Below, piece by piece: positions 7,902 to 17,501 of a stretch of 32,000 nt of DNA. A program made the position numbers and the translations under genes. The stretch covers positions 1,800,001 through 1,832,000 of the forward strand of contig NC_016070.1 of NCBI RefSeq assembly GCF_000253055.1, in the 5' to 3' direction. Origin of the DNA: Thermoproteus tenax Kra 1 (GTDB lineage: Archaea; Thermoproteota; Thermoprotei; Thermoproteales; Thermoproteaceae). Every line of letters begins with the position of its first letter. The first letter of the stretch is position 1. The notes below the pieces were generated by a model, which saw only the letters and a list, made by a program, of their open reading frames with translations, was not told where the DNA came from and searched no databases.

Positions 7902-9041
7902 GTGCAGTCGCTCTGCGCCAAATGCCAGGGGAGGAAGATGCTCTGCGGACTTCCTCGCTGTCCCATACTCGACAGAATTAAGGCTGTGAAGGCCTCCCTC
8001 TTCAAGATCAGGGGGCGCGAGATCTTTGGAGCGACGCCCCCCGCGGCCGTCGTGGGCGAGGCCGGCTGGCCCCTAGTGAGAGTTTACATAGGGGAGCCGC
8101 CCGAGGTCTCGGGCGACCGCGCCCGCGACTTCGACGATCCGGCGCGGTTGTGGGGGAAGAGCTTGGAGGAGATAATTGAGCTCAGAAGCTACATGGCCTT
8201 CGGCTATATATCCCCTAGGAGCGCAGGGGATCTGGGCGAGGTCGCGCTCGTGGCGGTCTCGGAGAGGCCCGTCGACGTAGAGATGAAACTGGCCAAAGAG
8301 CCCTCAGCCCTACTCAAGTTCGACCTGAGGGAGAGGCCCATGGGCCCCCGCGCCCCCGTCGACTCGATCAGAGTGGCGGATAACCCGCGCGTGCCCCGGC
8401 AGTTGGAGAGGCTTATACAAGACGATGTGAAAGCAAGCGAGGGAGTGAGGGAACTCTACCTCAAGGGCGTGGACATCTACACAATCCAGAGGGCTTTCGC
8501 CTTGGGCCTATTGGGCGCCCGACACAGGCGGAGGCTTGTGCCAACTCGTTGGAGTATAACTGCCGTTGATGTAGCTGTGGGCGACGTCATCGCAGAGAGA
8601 GTAAGGCGCTTGCCCGAGGTGTCTGAGGCCCTCTATGGATACGGTGAATACCTCGACAATAGGTACCTCGTAATAGTAGTGCCGGGCCCTCTGAAGTTCT
8701 CCTATCTTGAGAGATGGATGCGAGGAGACAGCGCTGTTGAGATAAGAGTGGACGAGGACGTGTTTGGCCGAAGAAGCACTATGGACGGCGGCTACGAGGC
8801 GGCCCGCCTAGCCGTCTTGGAGAAGCTCGCGGCTATGGGGAGGAGGGGGACGGTCGCCGTCGTGAGACGAATCGGCGAGGGCTACTACGTCTCAGTCGGA
8901 AATTGGCAGATCAGGGAGACTATCAGGAGGATCCAACTGAGACCTCTAGACGAAGAGTATATCAGGTTCGTCCGGCTGGTCGGCCGCGATCCTCTCTCGC
9001 TCGTGAGGCGCTCGGTCAGACTGGAGAACTTTTTTAAATGA
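7902..9041 (+). CDS. Nre family DNA repair protein (NreA/NreB type)
   Basis: N-terminal CAKCQGRKMLCGLPRCPIL zinc-binding pattern, then FGATPPAAVVGEAGWPxVRVYIGEPP. C-terminus RSVRLENFFK resembles a PCNA-interacting motif. Confidence 0.85.
   Translation: MQSLCAKCQGRKMLCGLPRCPILDRIKAVKASLFKIRGREIFGATPPAAVVGEAGWPLVRVYIGEPPEVSGDRARDFDDPARLWGKSLEEIIELRSYMAFGYISPRSAGDLGEVALVAVSERPVDVEMKLAKEPSALLKFDLRERPMGPRAPVDSIRVADNPRVPRQLERLIQDDVKASEGVRELYLKGVDIYTIQRAFALGLLGARHRRRLVPTRWSITAVDVAVGDVIAERVRRLPEVSEALYGYGEYLDNRYLVIVVPGPLKFSYLERWMRGDSAVEIRVDEDVFGRRSTMDGGYEAARLAVLEKLAAMGRRGTVAVVRRIGEGYYVSVGNWQIRETIRRIQLRPLDEEYIRFVRLVGRDPLSLVRRSVRLENFFK
9030..9038 (+). promoter_or_regulatory. TATA-box candidate for the 9057 gene, inside the 3' end of the nre CDS
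   Basis: TTTTTTAAA centred about 23 nt upstream of ATG 9057, typical crenarchaeal leaderless spacing. Confidence 0.5.
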
Positions 9042-9056
9042 CAGACAGCTGCCGCT

Positions 9057-11147
9057 ATGGCGCTTAAACAGGCCGTAGTCCTTGCGTTGGTCGTAACGGC
9101 TCTGTTTCTCTCGGCCCAGATTCAGGTCTCGGGCGGATCTCTCGGGTCATGTAATGGGCTCAGCATGACCATATTGAGCGCACAGTGGACGTCGTTGCCC
9201 CGCTACCCCGGCGCTCCCGCCCAACTCTCTCTGACGTTCTATTCAACCTGCGTATACCACGTCGTCACTTTCTCCGTAGTGCCCCAGTGTCCTTATGTGA
9301 GACCCGGCGAGCCCACCGTTGTACAGACCGTGCCGGCGGGTACCGCCTTCGCCGTGCCCGTCCAATTCTACGCCGATAGACTCAACGTCACATGCCCCCT
9401 AGAGATAGTGGCCACGGCCGAGTACGGCCCCGACTATAGTAGCATACTGGGCGCGTCCTCCCCGTATTTCTTGACGCTCTTTATACCCCCGTACCCCGAC
9501 TTCGCCGCGTCCGTCAACGGCACCGCGTACCTAGGACTCCCCAACGAAGTCGTACTCAAGATATCGGATCCCTACAGATATCCGGCCCAGATATCTATAA
9601 ACGGAGAGTCTGCCGCCGTCATAGCTCCTGCCCGTCCCTTCGTCGTAAATAAGACCGCCGATCTGTCTGTAGTGGTGGTGCCTTATTCGCAACAAGCAGC
9701 GTTGATTGTGGATGTTGAAAGCGCCGACTATCTGGGGAACCCCGTCTCATACTCGTTCACAGTACCTCTGTCTGTGGCCCAGCCGCCGCCAGCCACTCTG
9801 AGCATGGTTCCGTCGACTTTGTATATAGGCCGGGCCAACAATGTGACCATAGAAATCTCCGTGCCCTTCAGAGCCAACGGCACCGCCGTCGTCACGCTGT
9901 CCGGCGCCTCCTCGGCCGAGTCCCCCCTCGTAGTGCCCATAGCGGGCGGAGTCGGCATAGCACACGCGCAGATCACGCCGTTGCAGTCGCCTGTGGTTCT
10001 TCAGGCCGTAGTCTATTATTCGGTCATGGGCTTTCAACAGAGCGCGCAGATTTCGGCCGAGGTGAACGCGATTCAACCGCAGACGCCGCTCGCCTCGCTC
10101 TACATCGCGCCGCAGATGCTAGTGGAGAATTCGCCGAACAATTTGACTATAGTAATCAGAGCCGATGGGCCTTTCAACTCCTCGGTCACGATCTCCGGAG
10201 CCTCCGCCGAGGTACCCATGCCCATATATATCTCGGGCGTGGGCTATGCCGCATATTCACTAGTGGTCTACCCGACGTCGCCGCAAGTTGTTGTCACAGC
10301 CACAATACAGACGCGCGGCGGCACTCAACAATACACGGCGTATCTGCCCGCATCGTCGTCGAACGCGTTGTTGGTAGTGCCGACGCCCAGTCTAATCCCT
10401 GCGGGCGGCAACAGGACTGTATACATCAAGCTGATAAATCAGGGGAACATCCCGGTGGAGCGCGGCGTTTTAGTCGTGGGGCCCGCCGCCGGCTCTCCGG
10501 CCCTGGGCAAGGTGGGCGTCTTCAGCTTCGGAGAGCTGGCGCCGGGCGAGTACTTAGACGTGCCTCTATCGTTTCTGGCGCCGGCTACCGCAAGCGGGCC
10601 TCTGCCGTTCCAATACACCATCTACTACTATACGCCCGCCGGCTCTGGCGTTGAACAAGGCAGCTTCTTCGTGCAAGTCTACCAACGCCCCTCAGTCCAA
10701 GTTCTGACCACCTCGGTCGTGCCCCAGACTCCTCAAGCCGGCTCGCCGCTCTTTATATCGCTCACTTTAGTGAACAACGGATACGAGACCGTTAACAACC
10801 TTGAGGTCGCGGCAGTGGCGCCAGAAGGGCTGACTCCGATGACTCCTACGTTGAACTACGTCGGAAGCCTATCCCCCCAGCAGACTCAAGCCGTCACCTT
10901 TTCATTCAACGCCACGAGGCCCGGCGTCTACAACTTGAGCTTGGTGGTCGCCTATCAAGATCAATACGGGGCCTCCTACAACCTGACGGTGCCGCTCCAC
11001 ATCATCGTCGCCAGTGGCGCCGTAGCAACTACACAACAGTCTGGACAGCCCCACGGCGGCGCCGCCCTCGCCCCCATCTCGCTTGTCCTCGTCGTTGTCG
11101 TTGCCGCGGCCCTAATGGCCATAGGGATATGGCGGAGGAGGAGATAA
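9057..11147 (+). CDS. Large secreted/surface protein with CARDB/COG1361-like Ig-fold repeats and C-terminal membrane anchor
   Basis: Signal peptide-like N-terminus (VVLALVVTALFLSAQIQVSGG), repeated beta-rich segments (VVVPTPSLIPAGGNRTVYIKLINQGNIPVERGVLVVGP; LFISLTLVNNGYETVNNLEVAAVAPEGL), terminal TM plus RRRR stop-transfer. Confidence 0.8.
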   Translation: MALKQAVVLALVVTALFLSAQIQVSGGSLGSCNGLSMTILSAQWTSLPRYPGAPAQLSLTFYSTCVYHVVTFSVVPQCPYVRPGEPTVVQTVPAGTAFAVPVQFYADRLNVTCPLEIVATAEYGPDYSSILGASSPYFLTLFIPPYPDFAASVNGTAYLGLPNEVVLKISDPYRYPAQISINGESAAVIAPARPFVVNKTADLSVVVVPYSQQAALIVDVESADYLGNPVSYSFTVPLSVAQPPPATLSMVPSTLYIGRANNVTIEISVPFRANGTAVVTLSGASSAESPLVVPIAGGVGIAHAQITPLQSPVVLQAVVYYSVMGFQQSAQISAEVNAIQPQTPLASLYIAPQMLVENSPNNLTIVIRADGPFNSSVTISGASAEVPMPIYISGVGYAAYSLVVYPTSPQVVVTATIQTRGGTQQYTAYLPASSSNALLVVPTPSLIPAGGNRTVYIKLINQGNIPVERGVLVVGPAAGSPALGKVGVFSFGELAPGEYLDVPLSFLAPATASGPLPFQYTIYYYTPAGSGVEQGSFFVQVYQRPSVQVLTTSVVPQTPQAGSPLFISLTLVNNGYETVNNLEVAAVAPEGLTPMTPTLNYVGSLSPQQTQAVTFSFNATRPGVYNLSLVVAYQDQYGASYNLTVPLHIIVASGAVATTQQSGQPHGGAALAPISLVLVVVVAAALMAIGIWRRRR

Positions 11148-11797
11148 GAGTTGTCGATGTATACAAGAACTATGGACCATACCCGGCGTTGAGAGGCATC
11201 ACCTACTCGATACCCAAGGGCATTTTTCAATGCATAGTGGGCCCCTCGGGCAGCGGGAAGACCACGTTGCTCCACATCATTGGGGGCATTGACAGACCGA
11301 CCAAGGGGGAGGTCTGGGTGGCTGGGACTAGGCTGAACGATCTAAGCGATGACGAGCTGGCTGAGTTCAGAAACAGGAATGTGGGCTTCGTATTTCAATT
11401 ATTTTATCTCGTCCCGCGCATGAGCGTGTTGGAGAACGTTGAACTGCCCTTGGTGCTCCGCCGCATTCCCAAGGAGGAAAGGCGGAGGATGGCCCTCGAG
11501 GCGCTCAAGTTGGTGGGACTGGACGGAGTGGATCCCCGCAAGAGGCCGACTCAGTTATCAGGCGGCGAGCAACAGCGCGTGGCGATAGCGCGCGCCATAG
11601 TGGCCAGGCCCAGAGTGCTTCTTGCCGATGAGCCTACCGGCAATCTAGATAGCGAGACGGCCGCCCGGATAATGGAGACCTTCCTCTCCCTCAAGAGGGA
11701 GCTCGGGGTAACCATAGTCATGGTGACGCACAATTTAGAGCTGTTGAAGTACTGCGATAGAACCGTGAGAATAAGAGATGGAAAGATAGTGGAATAG
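11129..11797 (+). CDS. ABC transporter ATP-binding protein, LolD/MacB-like
   Basis: Walker A GPSGSGKTTL, signature LSGGEQQRVAIARA, Walker B VLLADEPTGNLD. Overlaps the upstream CDS by 19 nt. Confidence 0.93.
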   Translation: MAEEEIRVVDVYKNYGPYPALRGITYSIPKGIFQCIVGPSGSGKTTLLHIIGGIDRPTKGEVWVAGTRLNDLSDDELAEFRNRNVGFVFQLFYLVPRMSVLENVELPLVLRRIPKEERRRMALEALKLVGLDGVDPRKRPTQLSGGEQQRVAIARAIVARPRVLLADEPTGNLDSETAARIMETFLSLKRELGVTIVMVTHNLELLKYCDRTVRIRDGKIVE

Positions 11798-11928
11798 TCA
11801 GCACTCGGCAAAACTCTTCACGCCTCCGAGAGGTTCCCACTCATCATACTCGGCCGTTGGCCGACTATATTAAGCTTGTCGGCGGCCTCACGACATGCTT
11901 AATAGCGTTTAAATAGATCGATCTAGAT

Positions 11929-12669
11929 ATGACAGTGTTTCGTATCCTCGATAGATATAGCAGACAGATAGCGGTGATAGGGGAGGAGGGCCAACGCAAG
12001 ATAAGGAGCACGTCTGTTGTGGTCTTCGGAGTAGGCGGCCTCGGCTCCCATGTGTCCTACTATCTGGCCGCCGGCGGCTTCCGGAGGCTGTATTTAGTAG
12101 ACTCAGATAGAGTGGCGGTTTCAGACCTACATAGACAAGTCCTATACTCAACCAAGGACGTGGGCGTGGAGAAGGCAGTCGCCGCAGCCTCCAGGCTTGA
12201 GCAAGTGAACCCTGAGGTTGATGTGGTACCCATATCTGAGGAAATAACCCCGAGCCTTGCCGAAGAGCTCGTAAAGAAGTCCGATATAGCCGTGGACGCG
12301 TTGGACAACTGGCCGAGCAGACACGTCGTCAACAAGGCCGCCGTGAGTGCGAGGAAGCCCCTCGTGCACGGCGCCGTGCAGGAGTGGTATGGGCATATCA
12401 CAACCATAGTGCCTGGCATCACGCCGTGTCTTGAGGAGCTCTTCGGGAGGTTCAAATCCTTGCCGGCGTGTGCGCAGGCAGGATGCCCTGTGTTGGGGCC
12501 CGTGGTGGGGACCGTCGCCGCGATCATGGCGGTAGAGGTCTTCCGTGCGGCGTTGGGCGCACCATCTCTGGCAGGTAAACTGTTGATTGTAGATCTGAAG
12601 CATATGGCCTTCGACATGATACAACTGCAAAGGGACGAGAATTGCCCTGTCTGCCGCTATGTCCGTTGA
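11929..12669 (+). CDS. ThiF/MoeB/HesA family E1-like adenylyltransferase
   Basis: RYSRQIxxIGEEGQRKI, VFGVGGLGSHVSYYLAAGG, DxDRVxxSDLHRQVLY, DALDNWPSRxxVN, GPVVGTVAAIMAVEVFR, C-terminal CPVC. Confidence 0.9.
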   Translation: MTVFRILDRYSRQIAVIGEEGQRKIRSTSVVVFGVGGLGSHVSYYLAAGGFRRLYLVDSDRVAVSDLHRQVLYSTKDVGVEKAVAAASRLEQVNPEVDVVPISEEITPSLAEELVKKSDIAVDALDNWPSRHVVNKAAVSARKPLVHGAVQEWYGHITTIVPGITPCLEELFGRFKSLPACAQAGCPVLGPVVGTVAAIMAVEVFRAALGAPSLAGKLLIVDLKHMAFDMIQLQRDENCPVCRYVR

Positions 12670-13390
12670 CAGATTAACTCCGGCGCAGAGGCTGGTGCTC
12701 TACTACATGGCCTTCGAGGCGTTGTACAACGGAAGAGTCTGGCTGACTTTCGACGATATCAAGCAGGGCACTGGGCTGTCAGCGCGGGCTCTGAGGAGCG
12801 CGTTAGTCAAACTCAGGGAGATGGGCTATATAAACAGCGTTATCGATCCCCTCAGAGGAAGGAGGCACCTCCACAAAGTACTCCTAGATAGGCTGTATCC
12901 CATGCCTGAGCTCAAAGGAGTTTTCTTGATAGACGGCAGCGCGGATCTGACGCCGGAGGCCATAAAAATTTTGTCGAACGCGGACATTGTCTTATACACA
13001 GACTCAGTGGATCCGAAAAGGTTGGAGGGATACGCTAGAGCGCTGAAGCGGTTCGACGGCAGAGTGCCCGAGGCCGGCCTAGTCGCCATAGTCTTCAATC
13101 CGTTGTTAGACCTCGAGCGGCTCCGCGACGTTGTCGGTAGGGCTAGGTACATATGTGCCTCCAATTCGGTCGACAAAGCTCTAGGCTCATGTTTGGCTTG
13201 CGGCATCGTCGACGTTGACTACGGGAAGTTTAGAATTAAGACGATCGCCGACGAGAGGGAACTAGACGAGTTGGTCAAACGCTACGACGTAAGAGGCACT
13301 ATCATGCTGCAGACGTGCGACGGAAAGAGGTACGAGCTTGTGGTTCTCTCAAGGCGCGATAAAGCGGCCGGAGCTCCACCTCGGAGTTAA
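12659..13390 (+). CDS. Winged-HTH protein with a possible divergent tetrapyrrole-methylase-like C-terminal domain
   Basis: N-terminal wHTH ([31 protein letters not shown]) followed by [28 protein letters not shown]. Confidence 0.6.
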   Translation: MSVDRLTPAQRLVLYYMAFEALYNGRVWLTFDDIKQGTGLSARALRSALVKLREMGYINSVIDPLRGRRHLHKVLLDRLYPMPELKGVFLIDGSADLTPEAIKILSNADIVLYTDSVDPKRLEGYARALKRFDGRVPEAGLVAIVFNPLLDLERLRDVVGRARYICASNSVDKALGSCLACGIVDVDYGKFRIKTIADERELDELVKRYDVRGTIMLQTCDGKRYELVVLSRRDKAAGAPPRS

Positions 13391-13422
13391 AAGAATTTAA
13401 AAACCGGGTTGTCTCCCTCCCT

Positions 13423-13821
13423 ATGAGCACGAAGTATGTAGAGGTGGGCGATCTCAAGGAGGGATCCTACATAGTCATCGACGGCGAGCCCTGTAGAGTC
13501 GTTGAGATAGAGAAGTCGAAGACGGGTAAACACGGCTCTGCTAAAGCCCGAGTAGTCGCCGTGGGGCTCTTCGATAACGTGAAGAGGACTCTCAGCGTCC
13601 CTGTGGATACACAAGTCGAGGTGCCGATAATAGAGAAGTTCACAGCCCAAGTCCTCGCTATATCTGGCGATGTGATACAACTCATGGATATGCGCGACTA
13701 CAAGACGTTCGAGGTTCCGATGAAATACGTTGAGGACGAGGCCAAGGGCAAATTGACCGCCGGGGTCGAAGTGGAGGTCTGGCAGATATTGGACCGGTAT
13801 AAGATAACGAGGGTCAAATAG
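13423..13821 (+). CDS. Translation initiation factor aIF5A
   Basis: [47 protein letters not shown] contains the canonical hypusination loop. Confidence 0.96.
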   Translation: MSTKYVEVGDLKEGSYIVIDGEPCRVVEIEKSKTGKHGSAKARVVAVGLFDNVKRTLSVPVDTQVEVPIIEKFTAQVLAISGDVIQLMDMRDYKTFEVPMKYVEDEAKGKLTAGVEVEVWQILDRYKITRVK

Positions 13822-14398
13822 TCTCTTGGGGCGGAGGCGAGGCGAAGAGGTAATACGGATCTTTCTCTTGGATCTCGGAGAGTATTCTGTTTACTACCAG
13901 TTCGATTGGATCAACGCCTAACCTCTGCCTTATATCCTCGAAGCTTTGGAAGGGCCTCTTCTTTCTTTCGGCCAATATCTCCTGTAGCTTCTTCTTGCCT
14001 ATCCCGTGGAGCAGCTCGAAGGAGTGCATCTTAAGCGTGATGGGACCTGCCTTATTGAACCAATCGACGAACTTCTGCTCGCGGCTCGCCACTATCTGTC
14101 TAACCAACTGTGGAAGGAGCTCTCTCGCCGGCGGCTGTAGATCCTCATATCTGATCCTTCTTACTATCTTGTCGACTTTATCCCTCTGGCCTGCGCCTAC
14201 ATAGACTCTCTCCCCCAGCTCGACCTTAACCCCCGGCTTAAGAGTCACCTCCAACAGAGTGAAGTACTCCTCGCCCAACAGATGGGCGAAAGTGGAATCC
14301 CTTGGGAACTCCCTCCTCACTTTGGCCGGCAACTTATATGCGGCTAGCTCGGGGGGCAGTACGTCTAATACATAGGCATACTCCTCCCTCCTCCTCAT
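13814..14398 (-). CDS. DUF655 family predicted RNA-binding protein
   Basis: [12 protein letters not shown] ... [26 protein letters not shown] ... [27 protein letters not shown] helix-hairpin-helix-like motif. Adjacent to rpoF as in other archaea. Confidence 0.85.
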   Translation of the reverse strand: MRRREEYAYVLDVLPPELAAYKLPAKVRREFPRDSTFAHLLGEEYFTLLEVTLKPGVKVELGERVYVGAGQRDKVDKIVRRIRYEDLQPPARELLPQLVRQIVASREQKFVDWFNKAGPITLKMHSFELLHGIGKKKLQEILAERKKRPFQSFEDIRQRLGVDPIELVVNRILSEIQEKDPYYLFASPPPQETI

Positions 14399-14736
14399 GA
14401 CTTGATAATCTTCAACATCTCCTTGATTTCGTCGTCGGAGAACTCCCTCCGCTCCAACATCTGAAGCAACATTTTGAGTTCCTCTACGTCCTCGGGCAGT
14501 ATGTTGACCAACTGGATGGCTGTCACTCTGGCGAAGCCGAACCTGGATATAAGCTCCTCCACCTTAGACTCGGCGGCGTTTGCGTCTATTGCAGTGACTT
14601 TCTCGAGGAAGTCTATAGTCTTTCGTTGCACCTCGGTCGTCTCATAGGACTGGGAGAAGGCGCGGAGTATGTCGAGAGCTTTGGCGTTGGTTATGTCCTC
14701 AGATTTACGTATCTTCTTAACGCTCACGTATAGCAA
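14395..14736 (-). CDS. rpoF: DNA-directed RNA polymerase subunit F (Rpb4 homolog)
   Basis: 113 aa: ALDILRAFSQSYETTEVQRKTIDFLEKVT ... FGFARVTAIQLVNILPEDVEELKMLL. Position between L21e and DUF655 supports it. Confidence 0.88.
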   Translation of the reverse strand: MLYVSVKKIRKSEDITNAKALDILRAFSQSYETTEVQRKTIDFLEKVTAIDANAAESKVEELISRFGFARVTAIQLVNILPEDVEELKMLLQMLERREFSDDEIKEMLKIIKS

Positions 14737-14824
14737 CTAATGGGGGAATTTAAATATCGCCTTGATGCCCTCGGCATAGCCCCCGGTCGGGGCAAAACTT
14801 AAATAAAGGCGTCACCGAGGGGCC

Positions 14825-15121
14825 ATGCCCAAGCGCACTCACGGATATAGGTACAAGAGCAGAAAGTTGCTGTCGAAGGGGCCTAGGGAGAGGGGTCCTG
14901 GCGGACTATCTAGGTTGATGTATGAATACAAGGAGGGAGATAGAGTGGTGATAGATATAGACCCTACCTATATAACAAATGCTCCCCACAGAAGATATCA
15001 GGGACGCGTGGGGCTCGTCGTTGGAAGACAGGGGGCGGCCTACATAGTTTTAGTCGAGGTGGGATCCAAGGTCAAGAAGTTGGTGGTCCCGCCCGAGCAT
15101 CTAGTGCCCTTTAGGGGCTAG
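14825..15121 (+). CDS. 50S ribosomal protein L21e
   Basis: 98 aa: MPKRTHGYRYKSRKLLSKGPRERGPGGLSRLMYEYKEGDRVVIDIDPTYITNAPHRRYQGRVGLVVG. Confidence 0.95.
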   Translation: MPKRTHGYRYKSRKLLSKGPRERGPGGLSRLMYEYKEGDRVVIDIDPTYITNAPHRRYQGRVGLVVGRQGAAYIVLVEVGSKVKKLVVPPEHLVPFRG

Positions 15122-15867
15122 GGAGGGAGCTGTTGATCCTCTCCGCCTGTATAGTGGAGTTGTATGGCATAGTAGAGCCTATCGATGCCCGTGCCACTGA
15201 GCGCCGACACAAACACTGCGTCTCCGAGGCCCCCCGCTGCCGAGACCGCCTTGATGATATCTCGTTCCAACGAGCCCAACTGTAGAGAGTCTGCCAACAT
15301 CTCAGCATCGCTGATCCAGTCGTTTATCCTCTCTATTTGTTCCTCGCCCAATAAATCCATTTTATTGACTGCGAATATCTGCGGTAACTTGAACCTTATC
15401 CTCGCCGATATGGCCAACAGCGCAGTGCTTGCAAAGCCCTCTGGCGTCTGCATGTATGTTCCATCGCCTACGTACACGACCACATTGTGGGTGTCGGAGA
15501 GCCTCCTCACGAGGTAGGGGCCGCTCTCTCTAAAGGCGAACAGCTCCATTTGGCCTGGAGTATCCACTAATACCACCGGGGCGCCTACCGCGTTTATCTC
15601 CTCCTTTATTCTCTCGCCCTCGGCCACAGCCATGTCGATCGAGGCGATGATGGAGGCGTTGGGGCCCAACTTGAACTGTCTCATAATCTTCCGGGCGTTT
15701 ATCTTGTCGCGTATATCTACGTCGGGCACATATGGGAGATACTCGGCTGCTGGGTCTAGATTTACCACAGCTACATCGTACCCTTGTTCGTCCATCCAGT
15801 TATAGAGCGCCGATACTAATGTCGACTTTCCGCTCCCCGCGGTCCCTATAAAGAAGACCATTAACAT
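15118..15867 (-). CDS. GPN-loop GTPase
   Basis: FFIGTAGSGKSTL, GPNASIIASIDM (GPN motif), VDTPGQMELF, NKMDLL. Confidence 0.93.
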   Translation of the reverse strand: MLMVFFIGTAGSGKSTLVSALYNWMDEQGYDVAVVNLDPAAEYLPYVPDVDIRDKINARKIMRQFKLGPNASIIASIDMAVAEGERIKEEINAVGAPVVLVDTPGQMELFAFRESGPYLVRRLSDTHNVVVYVGDGTYMQTPEGFASTALLAISARIRFKLPQIFAVNKMDLLGEEQIERINDWISDAEMLADSLQLGSLERDIIKAVSAAGGLGDAVFVSALSGTGIDRLYYAIQLHYTGGEDQQLPP

Positions 15868-16154
15868 TACCTCCTCAGATTCGCGATCTCTCTGGCAACT
15901 CTTCTAGCTAGCTCCCTTATATCCTCGGCGTAGACGACGAAGTAGCCCTGACCTCTCTCGTCGTACCACAAGGCGGGGTATTTCTTGTCTTTGTACGCCT
16001 CAAATTTTACGTTCAAGCGCTCTAGAGCTTTGGCCACCTCCTCGAACGTAGGTCGCGGCACGGCAGAGTCCCTTGGGATTATTCTACCGAGCGAGCGAGG
16101 GACCGTTGAGTCTATATATACGAGCCAGAATATCCTCCCCTCCTTTCTCCTCAT
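15867..16154 (-). CDS. Signal recognition particle 19 kDa protein (SRP19)
   Basis: 95 aa: FWLVYIDSTVPRSLGRIIPRDSAVPRPTFEEVAKALERLNVKFEAYKDKKYPALWYDERGQGYFVV matches the SRP19 layout. Confidence 0.85.
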   Translation of the reverse strand: MRRKEGRIFWLVYIDSTVPRSLGRIIPRDSAVPRPTFEEVAKALERLNVKFEAYKDKKYPALWYDERGQGYFVVYAEDIRELARRVAREIANLRR

Positions 16155-16549
16155 TCAACGAGTACTGCGTTGATAACTCCGTGTTGGCCCGGTCTCGAGA
16201 CTACTACGGCTCTGCCCACCTCCGTCTGAATTATAGCGCCCTTAACTATCTGGTTCTTCTTGGCGAAGTCAGGGTTGGCGGGAGTTGAGACGACAGAGAC
16301 TATCTTGGCTTTGACCATCCTCTTCTCCTTAGGTATATAGACGTTGGCATACTGGGCCGACTTAAGTCTGATCTTCATATTGCCCCCGGCGACTCTCTCC
16401 ACTTGGATCTGCTGGGGACCCACCTCTGGCACTTTCGGCGGGCCGCCACAGAGGGCCTTGCGCTTCACCTTGGCCACTCTCCCCTTGACGCCGCCGCTGG
16501 GCTTTCTTAGATCATTGCCCTGATAGTAAGCCGCCGATTTCACAAGCAC
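16151..16549 (-). CDS. 30S ribosomal protein S8e
   Basis: YYQGNDLRKPSGGVKGRVAKVKRKALCGG ... VVSTPANPDFAKKNQIVKGAIIQTEVGRAVVVSRPGQHGVINAVLVE. Confidence 0.93.
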   Translation of the reverse strand: MLVKSAAYYQGNDLRKPSGGVKGRVAKVKRKALCGGPPKVPEVGPQQIQVERVAGGNMKIRLKSAQYANVYIPKEKRMVKAKIVSVVSTPANPDFAKKNQIVKGAIIQTEVGRAVVVSRPGQHGVINAVLVE

Positions 16550-16598
16550 CCGATAAGACCAAGTTAAAAATTTTGAGCCAATGCGTCCGATAAAGACG

Positions 16599-17501
16599 CT
16601 ATATCGAGATCTCTATATAGAGTCTCTTGCCCAACTCATTTAAAAGCTCTCTGATAGGAGTCTCCGTGGACTCCGCCGCCCTTGCCACATCCTTCTGAGT
16701 CACTTCCAGACCGGCTATGAAACAGGCATAATAGACGGCTACGGCCGCCAAGGCCTGCGGCTTCCTGCCGTTCCTTATACGCGGCGACGACATGATATAT
16801 TTCAAGAGATCCGAGGCTATCTTCTGGACCTGCGCAGCGATCTCTCCGTCGAGTTTCAACGCCGAGACTATGCGCGGCAAGTAGACTCTCGGGTCAACTC
16901 TGGGAACTTTCTCTCCAAGTTTGGACATATATTTTAGAAACTCCATGTAGGCCGACATAAACCGGCTTCTGTCCAGACCCGCCTTCTCTATCAGAGATCT
17001 GTAGGTCACTGCGCCCAGCCCATGGCGCTTCACTGCGAAGTAGAGCGCTGCGGCATATCCCTCCCTCCTCGACGCTTTATAGCCGGCGTCGTACGCCTTT
17101 CTATATAGCGCAATGGCCTCGTCTACAAGCGCCCTCGGTATTCCCAAAATATGTCTCAGCGATTCGTAGAACTCCCTCATCTCCGCCTCCAACCTCTCCG
17201 AGGGAGAGGGGATAGGCTTGACTGCCTCCCTGAGCTTAATGGCGCGGAGTTTGTCGCTCAGCTTGGGCTTGCCCACTTTAATATCGCCTAGCTCGGTGCC
17301 AGATGTGCCAACGAAGGCGCGGGACGACTCAGGCCTCCTCCACTCAGGGCCTAGATCCACTACGTTCTCCCTAATTACGGCGCCGCACTCTGTACAGACT
17401 ATAGAGCCTCTCTCGTCATCTATCTTTACCTTATTTACGGCGCCGCACACCGGGCATATTAGATCCTGCTCTGCCAAATCGGCTAGTATTCGCCTAGTCA
17501 T
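16599..17501 (-). CDS. tfb: Transcription initiation factor B (TFB)
   Basis: Zinc ribbon CPVCGAVNKVKIDDERGSIVCTECGAVI, GPEWR, and two cyclin-like repeats. Confidence 0.96.
   Translation of the reverse strand: MTRRILADLAEQDLICPVCGAVNKVKIDDERGSIVCTECGAVIRENVVDLGPEWRRPESSRAFVGTSGTELGDIKVGKPKLSDKLRAIKLREAVKPIPSPSERLEAEMREFYESLRHILGIPRALVDEAIALYRKAYDAGYKASRREGYAAALYFAVKRHGLGAVTYRSLIEKAGLDRSRFMSAYMEFLKYMSKLGEKVPRVDPRVYLPRIVSALKLDGEIAAQVQKIASDLLKYIMSSPRIRNGRKPQALAAVAVYYACFIAGLEVTQKDVARAAESTETPIRELLNELGKRLYIEISI

Noticed and set aside
9747-10621. Antisense ORFs opposite the large surface protein (9747..10076, 10439..10621)
   Set aside because: No motifs, and the sense frame is a continuous 696-aa protein with signal peptide and anchor.
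12060-12617. 185-aa antisense ORF in the track (also 12148..12630, 160 aa)
   Set aside because: Fully antisense to the well-supported ThiF/MoeB-like gene. Long antisense frames are expected in GC-rich DNA; no domain-like motifs seen.
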